A stretch of DNA of 64,000 nt from a virus. Lineage: Duplodnaviria; Caudoviricetes. Position 1 is the first letter of the stretch, and every line of letters starts with the position of its first letter. Shown here in pieces: positions 29,361-39,145 of this stretch. The stretch spans positions 39,140 through 103,139 of the IMG/VR virus record IMGVR_UViG_3300015610_000750; one strand, given 5' to 3'. The notes beneath the pieces were generated by a model, which saw only the letters and a program-made list of their open reading frames with translations, was not told the DNA's origin and did not search any database. The translations under genes were made by a program, and so were the position numbers.

Positions 29361-30698
29361 ATGGATTTATATAATAACGAGATGAGTAAATTAGTCACAT
29401 TAAACGGAATTGATGATCAAAAACTACTTGATGAGATCATTGATAATGAAATAATTGTTATCGAAGATATACAAGGTAGCAAGATATGGGTAAATTGGGA
29501 TGGTGAATCATTCACTATAAAACCAAAATCTATAAGTAATAATGCTATAAATCTTATAGATTTAGCAATGCAGAATTATTACAACCCAGCAACAAACTAT
29601 TTCAATTCACTTGATAGTAGAGTTAGGGGACTTTTAAATAAAAAATGGTGGTTCTGTTTTGAATATTTTCCAGATGAGCAACCAGCAAATATTGAATATC
29701 AAAAGTTACCAAAGAATAATTTAGTATTAACTTCAATATGCAAGAATGGTAAATATGACTACTCAATAGAGGAATTAGACGAGTATGCTAGATTGTTTGA
29801 TGTTGATGTGATTCCTATTGTTTTTCAAGGAAAACTTTCACAAAGAATGATAGAAGCTATTAAATACTTCATTAATACCAGTGAGGATGATTTAGAGTAT
29901 GTTTTTGGTGAGAAGTCATTTGCTTTCTTCTTCTATAAAATACTAAATCCAGCATCTGGTAATTCATTCCTAATGGATGGTGAGAATTTCCAAAACAATT
30001 TAGAGAAGCTTATAATCAGAGTAAAAGATAGAGATATTTCATTTGAAATATTAAATCCTCTTTATAAGAGAGTTTCTGATACCAATAATACAGAATTTGT
30101 TGAGATATACACTCTAATACTTGTTAACTTTTTAAACTTCTGTCAATCTGTTGATCTTAAAGATATTAAACTTAAAGGTGAAAAGAAAGATGAAGTTTAT
30201 ATTTACTTAATGTGTAAGTTATATAACATATACTTATCAGAAGTAAAGGATGATTTAGTTAATTTTGATTTTGTTATCCCTGAATTCTTTGATAAGGATA
30301 AATTCAAAATTAACAGAGAATTGATTTCCAATAAACTAACTAAGGAGTATATAAGTGAAAATGATAAATTAGAATACATTTTTAAAGTTATTTTAGGTTC
30401 TTTCTCGAAGAAAAGAAAGAAACCAATAGGTGTATTTACTGATAATACTGTTAATCTATTTAATGCTTTTGTTGATGATATTAGTAATTATATCGATGAA
30501 TATCTTAATAAGATTCGTGAGGTTGAATTAACAAGAGCTGGTCTATTAGACTTTGGAGATTTCTTTGAAATAAAGTATGACCAAGACGCTGAGGGTGAGG
30601 TATATCCTGATGTTTATTCTGAATTCGAGAAACAACCAGATGAGTCGAAGAAAAAAGGTAAAGGTGGTAAAGGCGCTCTTCCTAAAATGCCTAAGTAA
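29361..30698 (+). CDS. RNA-ligase-fold protein, apparently lacking the catalytic lysine
   Basis: IEDIQGS (vs EKxDGS), FEY, PIVFQG, LEKLII (vs EGxV). Confidence 0.5.
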   Translation: MDLYNNEMSKLVTLNGIDDQKLLDEIIDNEIIVIEDIQGSKIWVNWDGESFTIKPKSISNNAINLIDLAMQNYYNPATNYFNSLDSRVRGLLNKKWWFCFEYFPDEQPANIEYQKLPKNNLVLTSICKNGKYDYSIEELDEYARLFDVDVIPIVFQGKLSQRMIEAIKYFINTSEDDLEYVFGEKSFAFFFYKILNPASGNSFLMDGENFQNNLEKLIIRVKDRDISFEILNPLYKRVSDTNNTEFVEIYTLILVNFLNFCQSVDLKDIKLKGEKKDEVYIYLMCKLYNIYLSEVKDDLVNFDFVIPEFFDKDKFKINRELISNKLTKEYISENDKLEYIFKVILGSFSKKRKKPIGVFTDNTVNLFNAFVDDISNYIDEYLNKIREVELTRAGLLDFGDFFEIKYDQDAEGEVYPDVYSEFEKQPDESKKKGKGGKGALPKMPK

Positions 30699-30699
30699 T

Positions 30700-30912
30700 A
30701 TGAAAGAAATTAATATGAGTATTAAGAGTGTTAAAGTAGAGGCTACCACAAGACATGTTAGAGCTCAGTGGACCGCACAAATGGCTAGTGATATAGCATC
30801 ATTGACATCAATTGATTTCGAGGCGGAGCTTAGAGCAATACTTAGACAGCAGAATAGAACAGAGAAGTTATCTAAAATTTTAAATTCAGTTAAACATTAT
30901 AATAGTTTTTAG
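30700..30912 (+). CDS. 70-aa capsid-protein fragment with RTEKLSKIL tag
   Basis: SIKSVKVEATTRHVRAQWTAQMASDI...DFEAELRAIL resembles the gp23 EAKSRxLKAxxxxELAQDL...DAxAEL..IL segment. Confidence 0.7.
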   Translation: MKEINMSIKSVKVEATTRHVRAQWTAQMASDIASLTSIDFEAELRAILRQQNRTEKLSKILNSVKHYNSF

Positions 30913-30924
30913 TTATAAATTTCC

Positions 30925-32151
30925 ATGAATGTAGTTGTTAATTGGAATGATGTTAATCGAACATCGATTCGTGAGAAGTTAAGTTATAAGAAAAACAGTC
31001 TTCAATTCTTACCACAGTGTATAGAGAATATATCAGACAATGATTTCTTTACCTTTAAGGGTAAGAAACTAAAAGTCGCATACGTTGTTGATATAGTTCA
31101 CAATTTAATATTAAAATATTATTTCAAAAAGGATAATCAATTTAGCTTATCAGCAGTTGTGTTGAAAGATAAGTATGGATATCTTTATAATTATTATATT
31201 GACTATCTGGTTAGTAGAAATATCATTATGATGTTGGTTAACTATAAATCAGGTACTAGATCACGAATCTATGCATTGAATGAGTCTGTACTTAGAGGTA
31301 AGATTAAACGATATAGAAATTCTGATAAAGTATTACTTAAAAAGTATAAAAATAAGGTATCTCAGGTAGAAGAGGGTGGAATAGAGAACTCATTAATTGA
31401 TTCTGATGTTAAATCTAAATTAGTAGATGACTTATTTCATATCGAAATTGAATTTGATAGGTCTATATTCTATCTTGACTCACTTAAGAACGAAGATACT
31501 GATATTTATAATCGAAATAAGTATAGTGTCGAGTGTATCAATGATAAACACATATTTTATCACTTTGATAATTATGGTAGAATGCACACTAATTTTACAA
31601 TACTTAAATCTTTCATAAGAAAGAACTGTCTTTTGATAGATGGTAAACAAACTTGTGAGATTGATATTAAGAACAGCCAACCATTGTTCTTATCTAAACT
31701 AATTGAAGATAGTCATACTAAGTGGGTGAATGATGATGAGTTACAGTTATTTAAGTTCTTAACCACAACTGGTAAATATTACCAATATATAATGACTGAA
31801 TTGGGTATAACAAACAAGGGAGATGCCAAAGAACTGACATATAAGGTTTTATTTGGTAGGAACGCGAAGAATAGTAAGCCTGATGCTTTATTTTCGAGTA
31901 TTTTCCCAACTATACATAATTTTATAAAGCTTTATAAGAAAGAAATGGGTGACTATAAAATTTTAGCATATGAGTTACAGAAGGCAGAATCAAATTTAAT
32001 TTTCAATAAAATCATTAGACAAATAATGACACTTTATCCAGAGATAAAGATGGTGACGGTACATGATAGTATTATTGTCCCGATGGAGGATAAAGATAGA
32101 GTTTCAGCTATTTTTAATTCTAAACTATATGAAGAATTTGGAATAATATAA
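30925..32151 (+). CDS. Minimal PolA/T7-RNAP-superfamily polymerase (TV-Pol-like) with an N-terminal domain
   Basis: GRMHT, motif A EIDIKNSQP, motif B AKELTYKVLFG, LQKAES, motif C TVHDSI. Confidence 0.7.
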   Translation: MNVVVNWNDVNRTSIREKLSYKKNSLQFLPQCIENISDNDFFTFKGKKLKVAYVVDIVHNLILKYYFKKDNQFSLSAVVLKDKYGYLYNYYIDYLVSRNIIMMLVNYKSGTRSRIYALNESVLRGKIKRYRNSDKVLLKKYKNKVSQVEEGGIENSLIDSDVKSKLVDDLFHIEIEFDRSIFYLDSLKNEDTDIYNRNKYSVECINDKHIFYHFDNYGRMHTNFTILKSFIRKNCLLIDGKQTCEIDIKNSQPLFLSKLIEDSHTKWVNDDELQLFKFLTTTGKYYQYIMTELGITNKGDAKELTYKVLFGRNAKNSKPDALFSSIFPTIHNFIKLYKKEMGDYKILAYELQKAESNLIFNKIIRQIMTLYPEIKMVTVHDSIIVPMEDKDRVSAIFNSKLYEEFGII

Positions 32152-32162
32152 TTATATATACC

Positions 32163-32324
32163 ATGATGAAAACTTTTTATTTAAAACAAAAATCTAATAA
32201 AAATGAGATAATCACCAGAATTGAAGCAGTTTCAATTGATCAGGCAATTAAGTTCTTTTCGAGAATCAAAAATCTTGCAAAGGATGACCTATTAAAGATA
32301 TTTATTGTAACTGATCAGTTATGA
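32163..32324 (+). CDS. 53-aa small protein, not in the ORF track
   Basis: MMKTFYLKQK...IFIVTDQL, preceded by TTATATATAC. Confidence 0.55.
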   Translation: MMKTFYLKQKSNKNEIITRIEAVSIDQAIKFFSRIKNLAKDDLLKIFIVTDQL

Positions 32325-32342
32325 TAAATTAATATATACTTA

Positions 32343-32879
32343 ATGATAGGTTTGGATCAAGCTACATCTTCTTATGTGATTATAACGTCTGATAAAATAG
32401 ACGATATTGAGACTGTTTTATACGGCAGAGACTATTCTATTATCCCAATCAAAGAATTTTATAACGGTGATTATAAGAACTCAATCATATCATATGGTAG
32501 AGTTGATAATGATAATTTAAGAAGAGATGTCCTTTTCTTACTTGATAAGTTTAACTTCAACTCAGCAATCATAAAATATCATGGAGAAAGTGTTATTAAG
32601 AGAATTAATAGAGATGGTTCTGAAGTTCCTCTTGATTTAGTTATGTATAATACTGATTTCAACAAACCTTCTTATTTATACAATGGATATTCATTCTCTT
32701 TTAATGAGAAAAAGAGATACTACTTTCCTTCTAAGAAAGAAGATATTAAAAAGGGTATGATTGTTGAGTTTTTTACAAATAATAAATGGGTTGAAAAACA
32801 AGTTTCCAACCCAGAATTAGAATATGAGAAGATGTATAAGCTACTTATTAAGTATAATAAGTTAAGAATTGCTATATAA
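32343..32879 (+). CDS. Hypothetical late protein
   Basis: TAATATATAC immediately upstream. Confidence 0.6.
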   Translation: MIGLDQATSSYVIITSDKIDDIETVLYGRDYSIIPIKEFYNGDYKNSIISYGRVDNDNLRRDVLFLLDKFNFNSAIIKYHGESVIKRINRDGSEVPLDLVMYNTDFNKPSYLYNGYSFSFNEKKRYYFPSKKEDIKKGMIVEFFTNNKWVEKQVSNPELEYEKMYKLLIKYNKLRIAI

Positions 32880-33663
32880 TTTCAAAATTAACAATATTCT
32901 TATTGAATGAGAATTTAACAGGCTTCATGTAGAAGTCTTTCCTATTATTGAATACCATCAGACCTCCTTTATCTTTACCATTTTCAGTTCTTCCAACAAT
33001 TACCTTATTTGGTTTTATTAGTGGTGACTCTATTACAGCCATTCCTTGAATACTACCAATAATAGATGGGTCTTTTGGATTTGTTGGAGTTGTTACAAAA
33101 CTAGCTACTTTGAAATATTTTGATGATCCTTTACCAACTATAACAAATGTTGCTGGTCCAATCCTTCCATATGTTGCAATATAACCACTAGCTGACATTA
33201 TTCTAGTGATGATCTTTCTCGCATTTGATTGCAGATTATCATAATCACTATTATTTGGATCATTTGTTATTGTAACATTTGATATTTGTGGTGGTAGCGA
33301 GCTGTGATTTTTCAGAGAATCTAAAAAATTAATAACACTATTCCAAATACCCTGATATGATGAGAATTGTTTCTTATTAAATGATGACAGTGATGTTGTG
33401 AAAACTCTTGGAGCTATTATTCCTACACTACTCCCACCAAATCCAATCATTGATGATGGTTCTTCAATATTGACTCTTTTTGATAATTCCTCTTCTTTGT
33501 TATCGAGAATGGCATCAAGAGTTATTTCTCTATTTTTGATTTCTCTCATTAATTCTTCATCAGAGGAATCAATCACATCTATATAATGAAGAGAAGATGA
33601 ATCACTTATTGAATCATCTTCATTATAGTTGCATATTAATTCTAAATCTTCCCTACTTATCAT
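32872..33663 (-). CDS. Degenerate capsid-protein paralog with N-terminal REITLDAIL tag
   Basis: ARKIITRIMSASGYIATYGRIGPATFVIV aligns with capsid QRKLITKIAHASNFIATEGRVGPAQYLIT; NKVIVGR vs NRIVLGR. Confidence 0.75.
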   Translation of the reverse strand: MISREDLELICNYNEDDSISDSSSLHYIDVIDSSDEELMREIKNREITLDAILDNKEEELSKRVNIEEPSSMIGFGGSSVGIIAPRVFTTSLSSFNKKQFSSYQGIWNSVINFLDSLKNHSSLPPQISNVTITNDPNNSDYDNLQSNARKIITRIMSASGYIATYGRIGPATFVIVGKGSSKYFKVASFVTTPTNPKDPSIIGSIQGMAVIESPLIKPNKVIVGRTENGKDKGGLMVFNNRKDFYMKPVKFSFNKNIVNFEII

Positions 33664-34411
33664 ATTTGTTGACCATTCCTATTTTTTGGGAACTCATTGC
33701 TATATGACGACTAAGTTCATCATTTGTCATTTTAGCTGAATTGTTTAATATTTGAAGGTTTCTTTGATACCATTTCATATCTGGTTGTTCTTTTGCATGA
33801 TATAAGTGATAACATCTTGCTCTCAATTCTGTCCATTTTAGGAATTTGTGAACTTTTATTGTTTGAAAGTCATCTTCACCACCCCATCCGATGAAATCTT
33901 CATTCCATCCGCCTATTTTCATAATAGACTCTTTTCGGAACATTGCTATTCCACCAGAGATGTTAATTTTTTGATTGTCAGTTTCTCCTCTTCCAGGTCT
34001 TGATATTTGTAATATTTGATTGAAATCCATATTACTTTCTTGTTGTTCTAAATCAACAACTGTGTGATATGGACTAACCATTTCATATTCTTGTAATGCC
34101 TTAAGACCATTGATGAAATCATTTGGATTCATTATTAAATCTGAGTCTCCAAAAACAATAAGGGGAGCTGTTGAGTATTTAATTGCTATATTGAATGCCC
34201 ATGATCTGTTATATGGCATATCTGATTTCACGAAAATGTGTTTTGCTCTTAAATTAAGGTTTTCAATTTTTGAGTGTGTGTCTTGTTCAATTAGTAGTAC
34301 TTCCACACCGTTGAATCCATTTATCCATTCGAGTACTCTTTTAAGATTCTGTAATCTATCCATCCTATGTCTATATCCTATTACATAGGTAAATGCGTAT
34401 GCTTGATTCAT
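33653..34411 (-). CDS. GT-A glycosyltransferase (GT2/GT7-like)
   Basis: YNRSWAFN, DSD (DxD), GGWNEDFIGWGGEDD, HLYH; likely start MNQAYAF. Confidence 0.85.
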   Translation of the reverse strand: MNQAYAFTYVIGYRHRMDRLQNLKRVLEWINGFNGVEVLLIEQDTHSKIENLNLRAKHIFVKSDMPYNRSWAFNIAIKYSTAPLIVFGDSDLIMNPNDFINGLKALQEYEMVSPYHTVVDLEQQESNMDFNQILQISRPGRGETDNQKINISGGIAMFRKESIMKIGGWNEDFIGWGGEDDFQTIKVHKFLKWTELRARCYHLYHAKEQPDMKWYQRNLQILNNSAKMTNDELSRHIAMSSQKIGMVNKYDK

Positions 34412-34496
34412 TAAATAATATAGTTTTTTATTTATAAAAAAAATCATTTGAAAGTTGTGGAATTTGGCAAAATGATTATATTTGTATATATACAAT

Positions 34497-34901
34497 ATGA
34501 AGAAAATAGGTAGAATTGAAAAAGTAAGTTTCCCCGATTTGAGTATCGATTCAATTGATGCTAAGGTAGATACTGGTGCTTATGGCACCGCTCTTCATGT
34601 TAATGGTATACGAACAAGGAATGGGAAACTTTCCTTTTGGGTAGATGATCCATCTTGTAGATTATACTTTGATAAGTATAAGGTTATTAACGTAAAAAGC
34701 TCTTTTGGTAAAACACAAAAGAGATATTCAATAATGACAAGAATTAAGGTTGGTGATTCCACATATAAGATATATGTATCTCTAACTAATAGAAAGGATA
34801 TGAAATATCCCGTTTTGATTGGTAGAAGGTTTCTATATAAGTTCCACTATATAGTAGATGTAAGAAAAAAACATATTAATGATAGAGCTAAAAAAGTGTA
34901 A
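34497..34901 (+). CDS. RimK-associated retropepsin-like (ATP-dependent Zn protease family) protein
   Basis: IGRIE, AKVDTGAY, VKSSFG...R, LTNRKDMKYPVLIGRRFL. Confidence 0.85.
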   Translation: MKKIGRIEKVSFPDLSIDSIDAKVDTGAYGTALHVNGIRTRNGKLSFWVDDPSCRLYFDKYKVINVKSSFGKTQKRYSIMTRIKVGDSTYKIYVSLTNRKDMKYPVLIGRRFLYKFHYIVDVRKKHINDRAKKV

Positions 34902-35403
34902 TTTCATCACTGGTGACCCAAGGTCGGTTTCGTTCGGGGTTCATAGTGTTTTATCCTTCTTAGAATTAGAAGGTCGAAATATAATGCTTTTATGTAAACC
35001 CAAGACAATTGATACTTCAAGTAGCTTAAAGTACATCTGGAATGTTAAGAAGGAGTTCACTGATTTCTTTTCATTTAAGAAACTACTCAAAGATAATTCT
35101 GCATTATTTAGAATTGATTTACTTGTTGTAGACCTATGGAGTCTGAGAAATATACCTATTGAGTATAAGCAGGCTCTTGATGAAACAGGTATACAATATA
35201 TTATACTATCGAAACAGTATCACTACACATCATCTGAGGACATTGGCGACTTTCATATTCAAAATGAATCTGATGGTACTTTTAACTCAAAATATACAAT
35301 TACAGATAAGGTTAGTGGTTGGTCTTCATCCCTTGAAGATTTGAAGAAGTCTTATATCAGAGACAAGAGAATAGATGGCATTATAGGAGACGAAGAAATC
35401 TAA
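34879..35403 (+). CDS. Degenerate RecA/helicase-like protein with RDKRIDGII tag
   Basis: FITGD (decayed P-loop), RIDLLVVDLW Walker-B-like strand. Confidence 0.45.
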   Translation: MIELKKCNFITGDPRSVSFGVHSVLSFLELEGRNIMLLCKPKTIDTSSSLKYIWNVKKEFTDFFSFKKLLKDNSALFRIDLLVVDLWSLRNIPIEYKQALDETGIQYIILSKQYHYTSSEDIGDFHIQNESDGTFNSKYTITDKVSGWSSSLEDLKKSYIRDKRIDGIIGDEEI

Positions 35404-35467
35404 TAAAAATTTCCATATTTCAAAATAAATCCGTATATTTGTATATAATTTAGAACAATTACAATTA

Positions 35468-36622
35468 ATGAGGATTAGACGAAAATTTTTACAACTTACC
35501 AAATGGACATATCCATATGGTACAGAACATACTCTCGAAAGCTATCTACCAAAAGGTTTTAGAAAAGACGAGAATGACAATTACTATTTCCAAATTGGAG
35601 AGAATCCAACAACCATGTTTGCTTGTCACCTTGACACATCTTGTTCCAAACAGGAGAAGGTAACTCATATGCAAGACAGTCAATATATTGGTACTAATGG
35701 TAAGACAATTCTTGGTGCTGATGATAAGGCTGGAATGGTTATTCTTCTTTATATGATAGAGAAGAAAATACCAGGTCTATATTACTTCTTCATTGGTGAA
35801 GAGGTTGGATGTATTGGTTCGAATGCGTTATCAATGCAATGGGAAGAATTACAAATGTTCAATGATATTAAAAAGGTAATTTCCTTTGATAGGAGAGGTA
35901 CTAAGTCTATTATAACTCACCAATTATATGGTCGTTGTTGTTCTGATGAATTTGCTCAAGAATTGGCAAATAGATTGAATTCAACTGATAATGGTTTAGA
36001 AATGGAGCTCGATGATACTGGTATGATGACAGACTCCGCTCAATTTGTTGACCTTGTGCCAGAGTGTACGAATATTTCGGTTGGTTATTACAATGAACAT
36101 ACTGTTAATGAAGTTCAAGATATAGAATTCTTACAAAGATTATGTAAGGCAGTTGTTAGTATTGACTGGGAAACCTTACCAGTTGTGAGAGATCCGGATG
36201 TAGATGATGAATACGATGATTGGTATGGTTGGGATAAGTCTCCATCTAAATATAACTATGGTAATGTTGCTGAAGAGGATGAGCCTGAGTTCCAAGATGG
36301 TTACTATACATATGTTATGTGGGGTAAAGAAACACGTAGAATGTTAGTATCTATGGATAGAATTAGAGAAGAGAGGACTCTTATTTATAATTGGTTGTTC
36401 TCAACGGGAATAATACACGATTATAAGGGTATAACTTGGAATGGTCACTCATTATATACACAAAATTCTCAAGATAGACTTGAGTTTATTGGTAATCGAG
36501 TTGATATTATGGAATATATTCCAGCATTAGCAACTATACCTAAAAATTTATTGTCTGATAAGCCTAGTAGACCAAAGGCTATGTCTAGATTCCCTGATTG
36601 GGAAGATGAAATTTATAATTAA
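35468..36622 (+). CDS. M28-family zinc peptidase (paralog of 15120..16478)
   Basis: CHLDT, LGADDKAG, GEEVG, ISFDRRG, TDS, NISVGYYNEHT. Confidence 0.85.
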   Translation: MRIRRKFLQLTKWTYPYGTEHTLESYLPKGFRKDENDNYYFQIGENPTTMFACHLDTSCSKQEKVTHMQDSQYIGTNGKTILGADDKAGMVILLYMIEKKIPGLYYFFIGEEVGCIGSNALSMQWEELQMFNDIKKVISFDRRGTKSIITHQLYGRCCSDEFAQELANRLNSTDNGLEMELDDTGMMTDSAQFVDLVPECTNISVGYYNEHTVNEVQDIEFLQRLCKAVVSIDWETLPVVRDPDVDDEYDDWYGWDKSPSKYNYGNVAEEDEPEFQDGYYTYVMWGKETRRMLVSMDRIREERTLIYNWLFSTGIIHDYKGITWNGHSLYTQNSQDRLEFIGNRVDIMEYIPALATIPKNLLSDKPSRPKAMSRFPDWEDEIYN

Positions 36623-37149
36623 TGTCTATGGGAACCTGCGAAATCATCGTAGGTTTCTTTTTTTACGACCAATAGAGCTCCGTTTTTGTATGTATCCTCA
36701 AATATGTGTCCCTCTCCACCAGATGACATTATGTATAGTCCATCTTTACCACTTCTAACTTTTGTTAGAACTATTTCCAAATATGGGTTATTTATAATAC
36801 AGATTACATAATCACCTTCTACACAAGACATTCTTTCATCATCTAGTTCTTTAAGAACATCCATATTTACTTTGTCAGTTTTAACACTCTTAAAAACTGA
36901 TTCTAAATTCATGTTCATTGACACTTGTCTTTCCATAGTACTAACCGCATCAGAATTTAATAGATTTTCTGATGTGAAGTCAGCATCACCTGAGACTGTA
37001 TTATATAACTCGTGTACTTCAACAAAGGCATTATCTATCGCACCTATTAGTGCCGTTAAGCATTTATCTCTTAGATTTACTCTACCGTATAATATTACAT
37101 CCTTGTGTTCAGATGCTCCTTCGTTAAACTGTGACCACTTCTTAATCAT
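36619..37149 (-). CDS. Hypothetical protein with CTS-like N-terminus
   Basis: Likely start MIKKWSQFNE. Confidence 0.55.
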   Translation of the reverse strand: MIKKWSQFNEGASEHKDVILYGRVNLRDKCLTALIGAIDNAFVEVHELYNTVSGDADFTSENLLNSDAVSTMERQVSMNMNLESVFKSVKTDKVNMDVLKELDDERMSCVEGDYVICIINNPYLEIVLTKVRSGKDGLYIMSSGGEGHIFEDTYKNGALLVVKKETYDDFAGSHRH

Positions 37150-37150
37150 A

Positions 37151-37381
37151 TTACTGTCCAATTATAGCTATATTCATTCTGAACCCTCTGTTGTTATCAT
37201 CTAAACAGAGTAGTATCATTTCTCTCCAAAAATTTGGTTGTTCTTCTATCTTTAATTCACCCAGTTTATATCCTTTCTGTGAAAGAAAATCGGCAATAAA
37301 TTGCTCAGTCTCTTCTAATTGATTGAAAAAGTCAAGACCTGTTTCATTTAGTGCGTTTATTAATTCGTCTTCTAGTGACAT
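37151..37381 (-). CDS. Hypothetical protein
   Basis: Tightly packed operon. Confidence 0.55.
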   Translation of the reverse strand: MSLEDELINALNETGLDFFNQLEETEQFIADFLSQKGYKLGELKIEEQPNFWREMILLCLDDNNRGFRMNIAIIGQ

Positions 37382-37569
37382 TATCCTAATATAATACCTG
37401 GTGTTTTATACTCTTTCTGAGTCGCAATTTCTAACATCTGTGTAGTTGATAGATTTTTTGGATCCCAACCTTTTTTCTTAGAATATTCAGATATAAATTT
37501 TTCTCTTAATAGAGTCATTTCTTCTTTTGAAATTGCTTGATTTTTGATTAAATCTACTTTCTTTTCCAT
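37381..37569 (-). CDS. Hypothetical protein
   Basis: Tightly packed operon. Confidence 0.55.
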   Translation of the reverse strand: MEKKVDLIKNQAISKEEMTLLREKFISEYSKKKGWDPKNLSTTQMLEIATQKEYKTPGIILG

Positions 37570-37584
37570 ATAATTTGTTATTTT

Positions 37585-38016
37585 TTACATTATTAAAAAT
37601 AAGTACACAAATACTTGAGCTAATAGACCTAATACCATGAAGATGGTTCTATTCCTATAAGTCATTATTTTGGTTAATTTAGCAGTTGATGTACTTGATT
37701 GGTCTGTCCATCTTTTTTGATATACCTTATCATCTAATTTATTTCTTGTATAGTAATAAGTACCATTGTGAAAAAAACTAAATATTAGCATCATTGATAG
37801 TACACTTGTAATTGAGTAAAGTAATCCTATGTTACAGAACAAATACATTCCAATTATTGCTAATACGATACTTCTTTGTAATGCAAATATTGGATGTATT
37901 TCAAATTTACAATCTCTTCTACTATTTGACTTGAAATGCCAGTAAAATCCCTCTCTAAATCCTTCCAGAGTGGAATATACCATCCATATTATATTTGTTA
38001 ATATTAGTGAAACCAT
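37585..38016 (-). CDS. Hypothetical membrane protein
   Basis: Multiple hydrophobic helices. Confidence 0.6.
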   Translation of the reverse strand: MVSLILTNIIWMVYSTLEGFREGFYWHFKSNSRRDCKFEIHPIFALQRSIVLAIIGMYLFCNIGLLYSITSVLSMMLIFSFFHNGTYYYTRNKLDDKVYQKRWTDQSSTSTAKLTKIMTYRNRTIFMVLGLLAQVFVYLFLIM

Positions 38017-38303
38017 TACTCAGATACTCCTTTCTTACTATTTGTATAGTCTTTTCTTATTTTATATCCGATTAGAGTTGTTGATAGTGCAAAGAATATT
38101 CCAACTCCTAATCCAACATAGTCACCTTCTGTTAAGAATATTTTCCACCCTATTATACTACCAGCTAGATTCCCTAAGAATCCAACTACATACATTTTCC
38201 TCATCCATAGTAACCATGGACCGAATTCATAACCACCGGTGTAGTCTTTAAATCTAACTGATGCTTCTATTTCTGCCTCAGTTCTTTTTCTCCATTTACC
38301 CAT
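38016..38303 (-). CDS. Hypothetical membrane protein
   Basis: Two hydrophobic helices. Confidence 0.55.
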   Translation of the reverse strand: MGKWRKRTEAEIEASVRFKDYTGGYEFGPWLLWMRKMYVVGFLGNLAGSIIGWKIFLTEGDYVGLGVGIFFALSTTLIGYKIRKDYTNSKKGVSE

Positions 38304-38359
38304 AGTATATTTATTTTTTGATATTATAATATATATTAAAATAAATTCCGTATATTTGT

Positions 38360-39145
38360 ATGATGAAAGAAAAGGAACTACTTTGGAATATACTCACATC
38401 TAAAGACCCATCACAAGAGCTTATTAGACTTGATAATGATGGTGTTCTTAGTATTCTTTTGCCTGAATTGACCGACTTGAAGGGAGTTGATGTTGTTGAT
38501 GGTAGAGGTCACAAGGATAATTACCTACACACTTTACAAGTAATAAAACAAACAGCTGAGGCATCAACTAATCCTTGGTTGAGACTTGTTGCTATTCTAC
38601 ACGATGCTGGTAAGGCAAAAACTAAAAAATACTTTGCTGGTAAGGGATGGACTTTCCAAAACCACGAGCTGGTTAGTGCTCACATGGTTAAGGATGTATT
38701 TAATAGATTTGGATTAGATAAGACCAAAATGAAATATGTCTATAAACTTATAGAGTACCACGGTATCGCTAAAGAATTAACAAAGGAAGATGTTAGTGAT
38801 TCTGCTATTCGTAGATTCTCAACAGAGTTGGGTGATTGGATCGATGATTTGTTGTTATTCTGTAAGTGTGATATGACGACAAGATTTGAGGATAAGAGAG
38901 CTAGATTTCAAAAAGATTTAGATGATCTTAAGAGTAGAGTCTTAGAAGTAAGAGAAAAAGATGAAGCTGCTAAGTGGAGATGTCCAATCGATGGTAATTT
39001 CATCATGAAAGAACTTAATATTGTTCCTGGTAAAAAATTAGGATTAATAAAATCTGAAATAGAAAGAGCTATCAAAGCTGGGGAAGTCGAAGATGATTTT
39101 GATAGTGCGTATGAATATTTAATGTCTATCAAGGATAAATACTAA
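38360..39145 (+). CDS. HD-domain protein matching the C-terminal half of CCA-adding enzymes (no NTase head)
   Basis: LPEL..LKGV, HKDNYLHTLQV, LHDAGK, FQNHE, DSAIRR, PIDGNFIMKELNIVPGKKLG. Confidence 0.8.
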   Translation: MMKEKELLWNILTSKDPSQELIRLDNDGVLSILLPELTDLKGVDVVDGRGHKDNYLHTLQVIKQTAEASTNPWLRLVAILHDAGKAKTKKYFAGKGWTFQNHELVSAHMVKDVFNRFGLDKTKMKYVYKLIEYHGIAKELTKEDVSDSAIRRFSTELGDWIDDLLLFCKCDMTTRFEDKRARFQKDLDDLKSRVLEVREKDEAAKWRCPIDGNFIMKELNIVPGKKLGLIKSEIERAIKAGEVEDDFDSAYEYLMSIKDKY

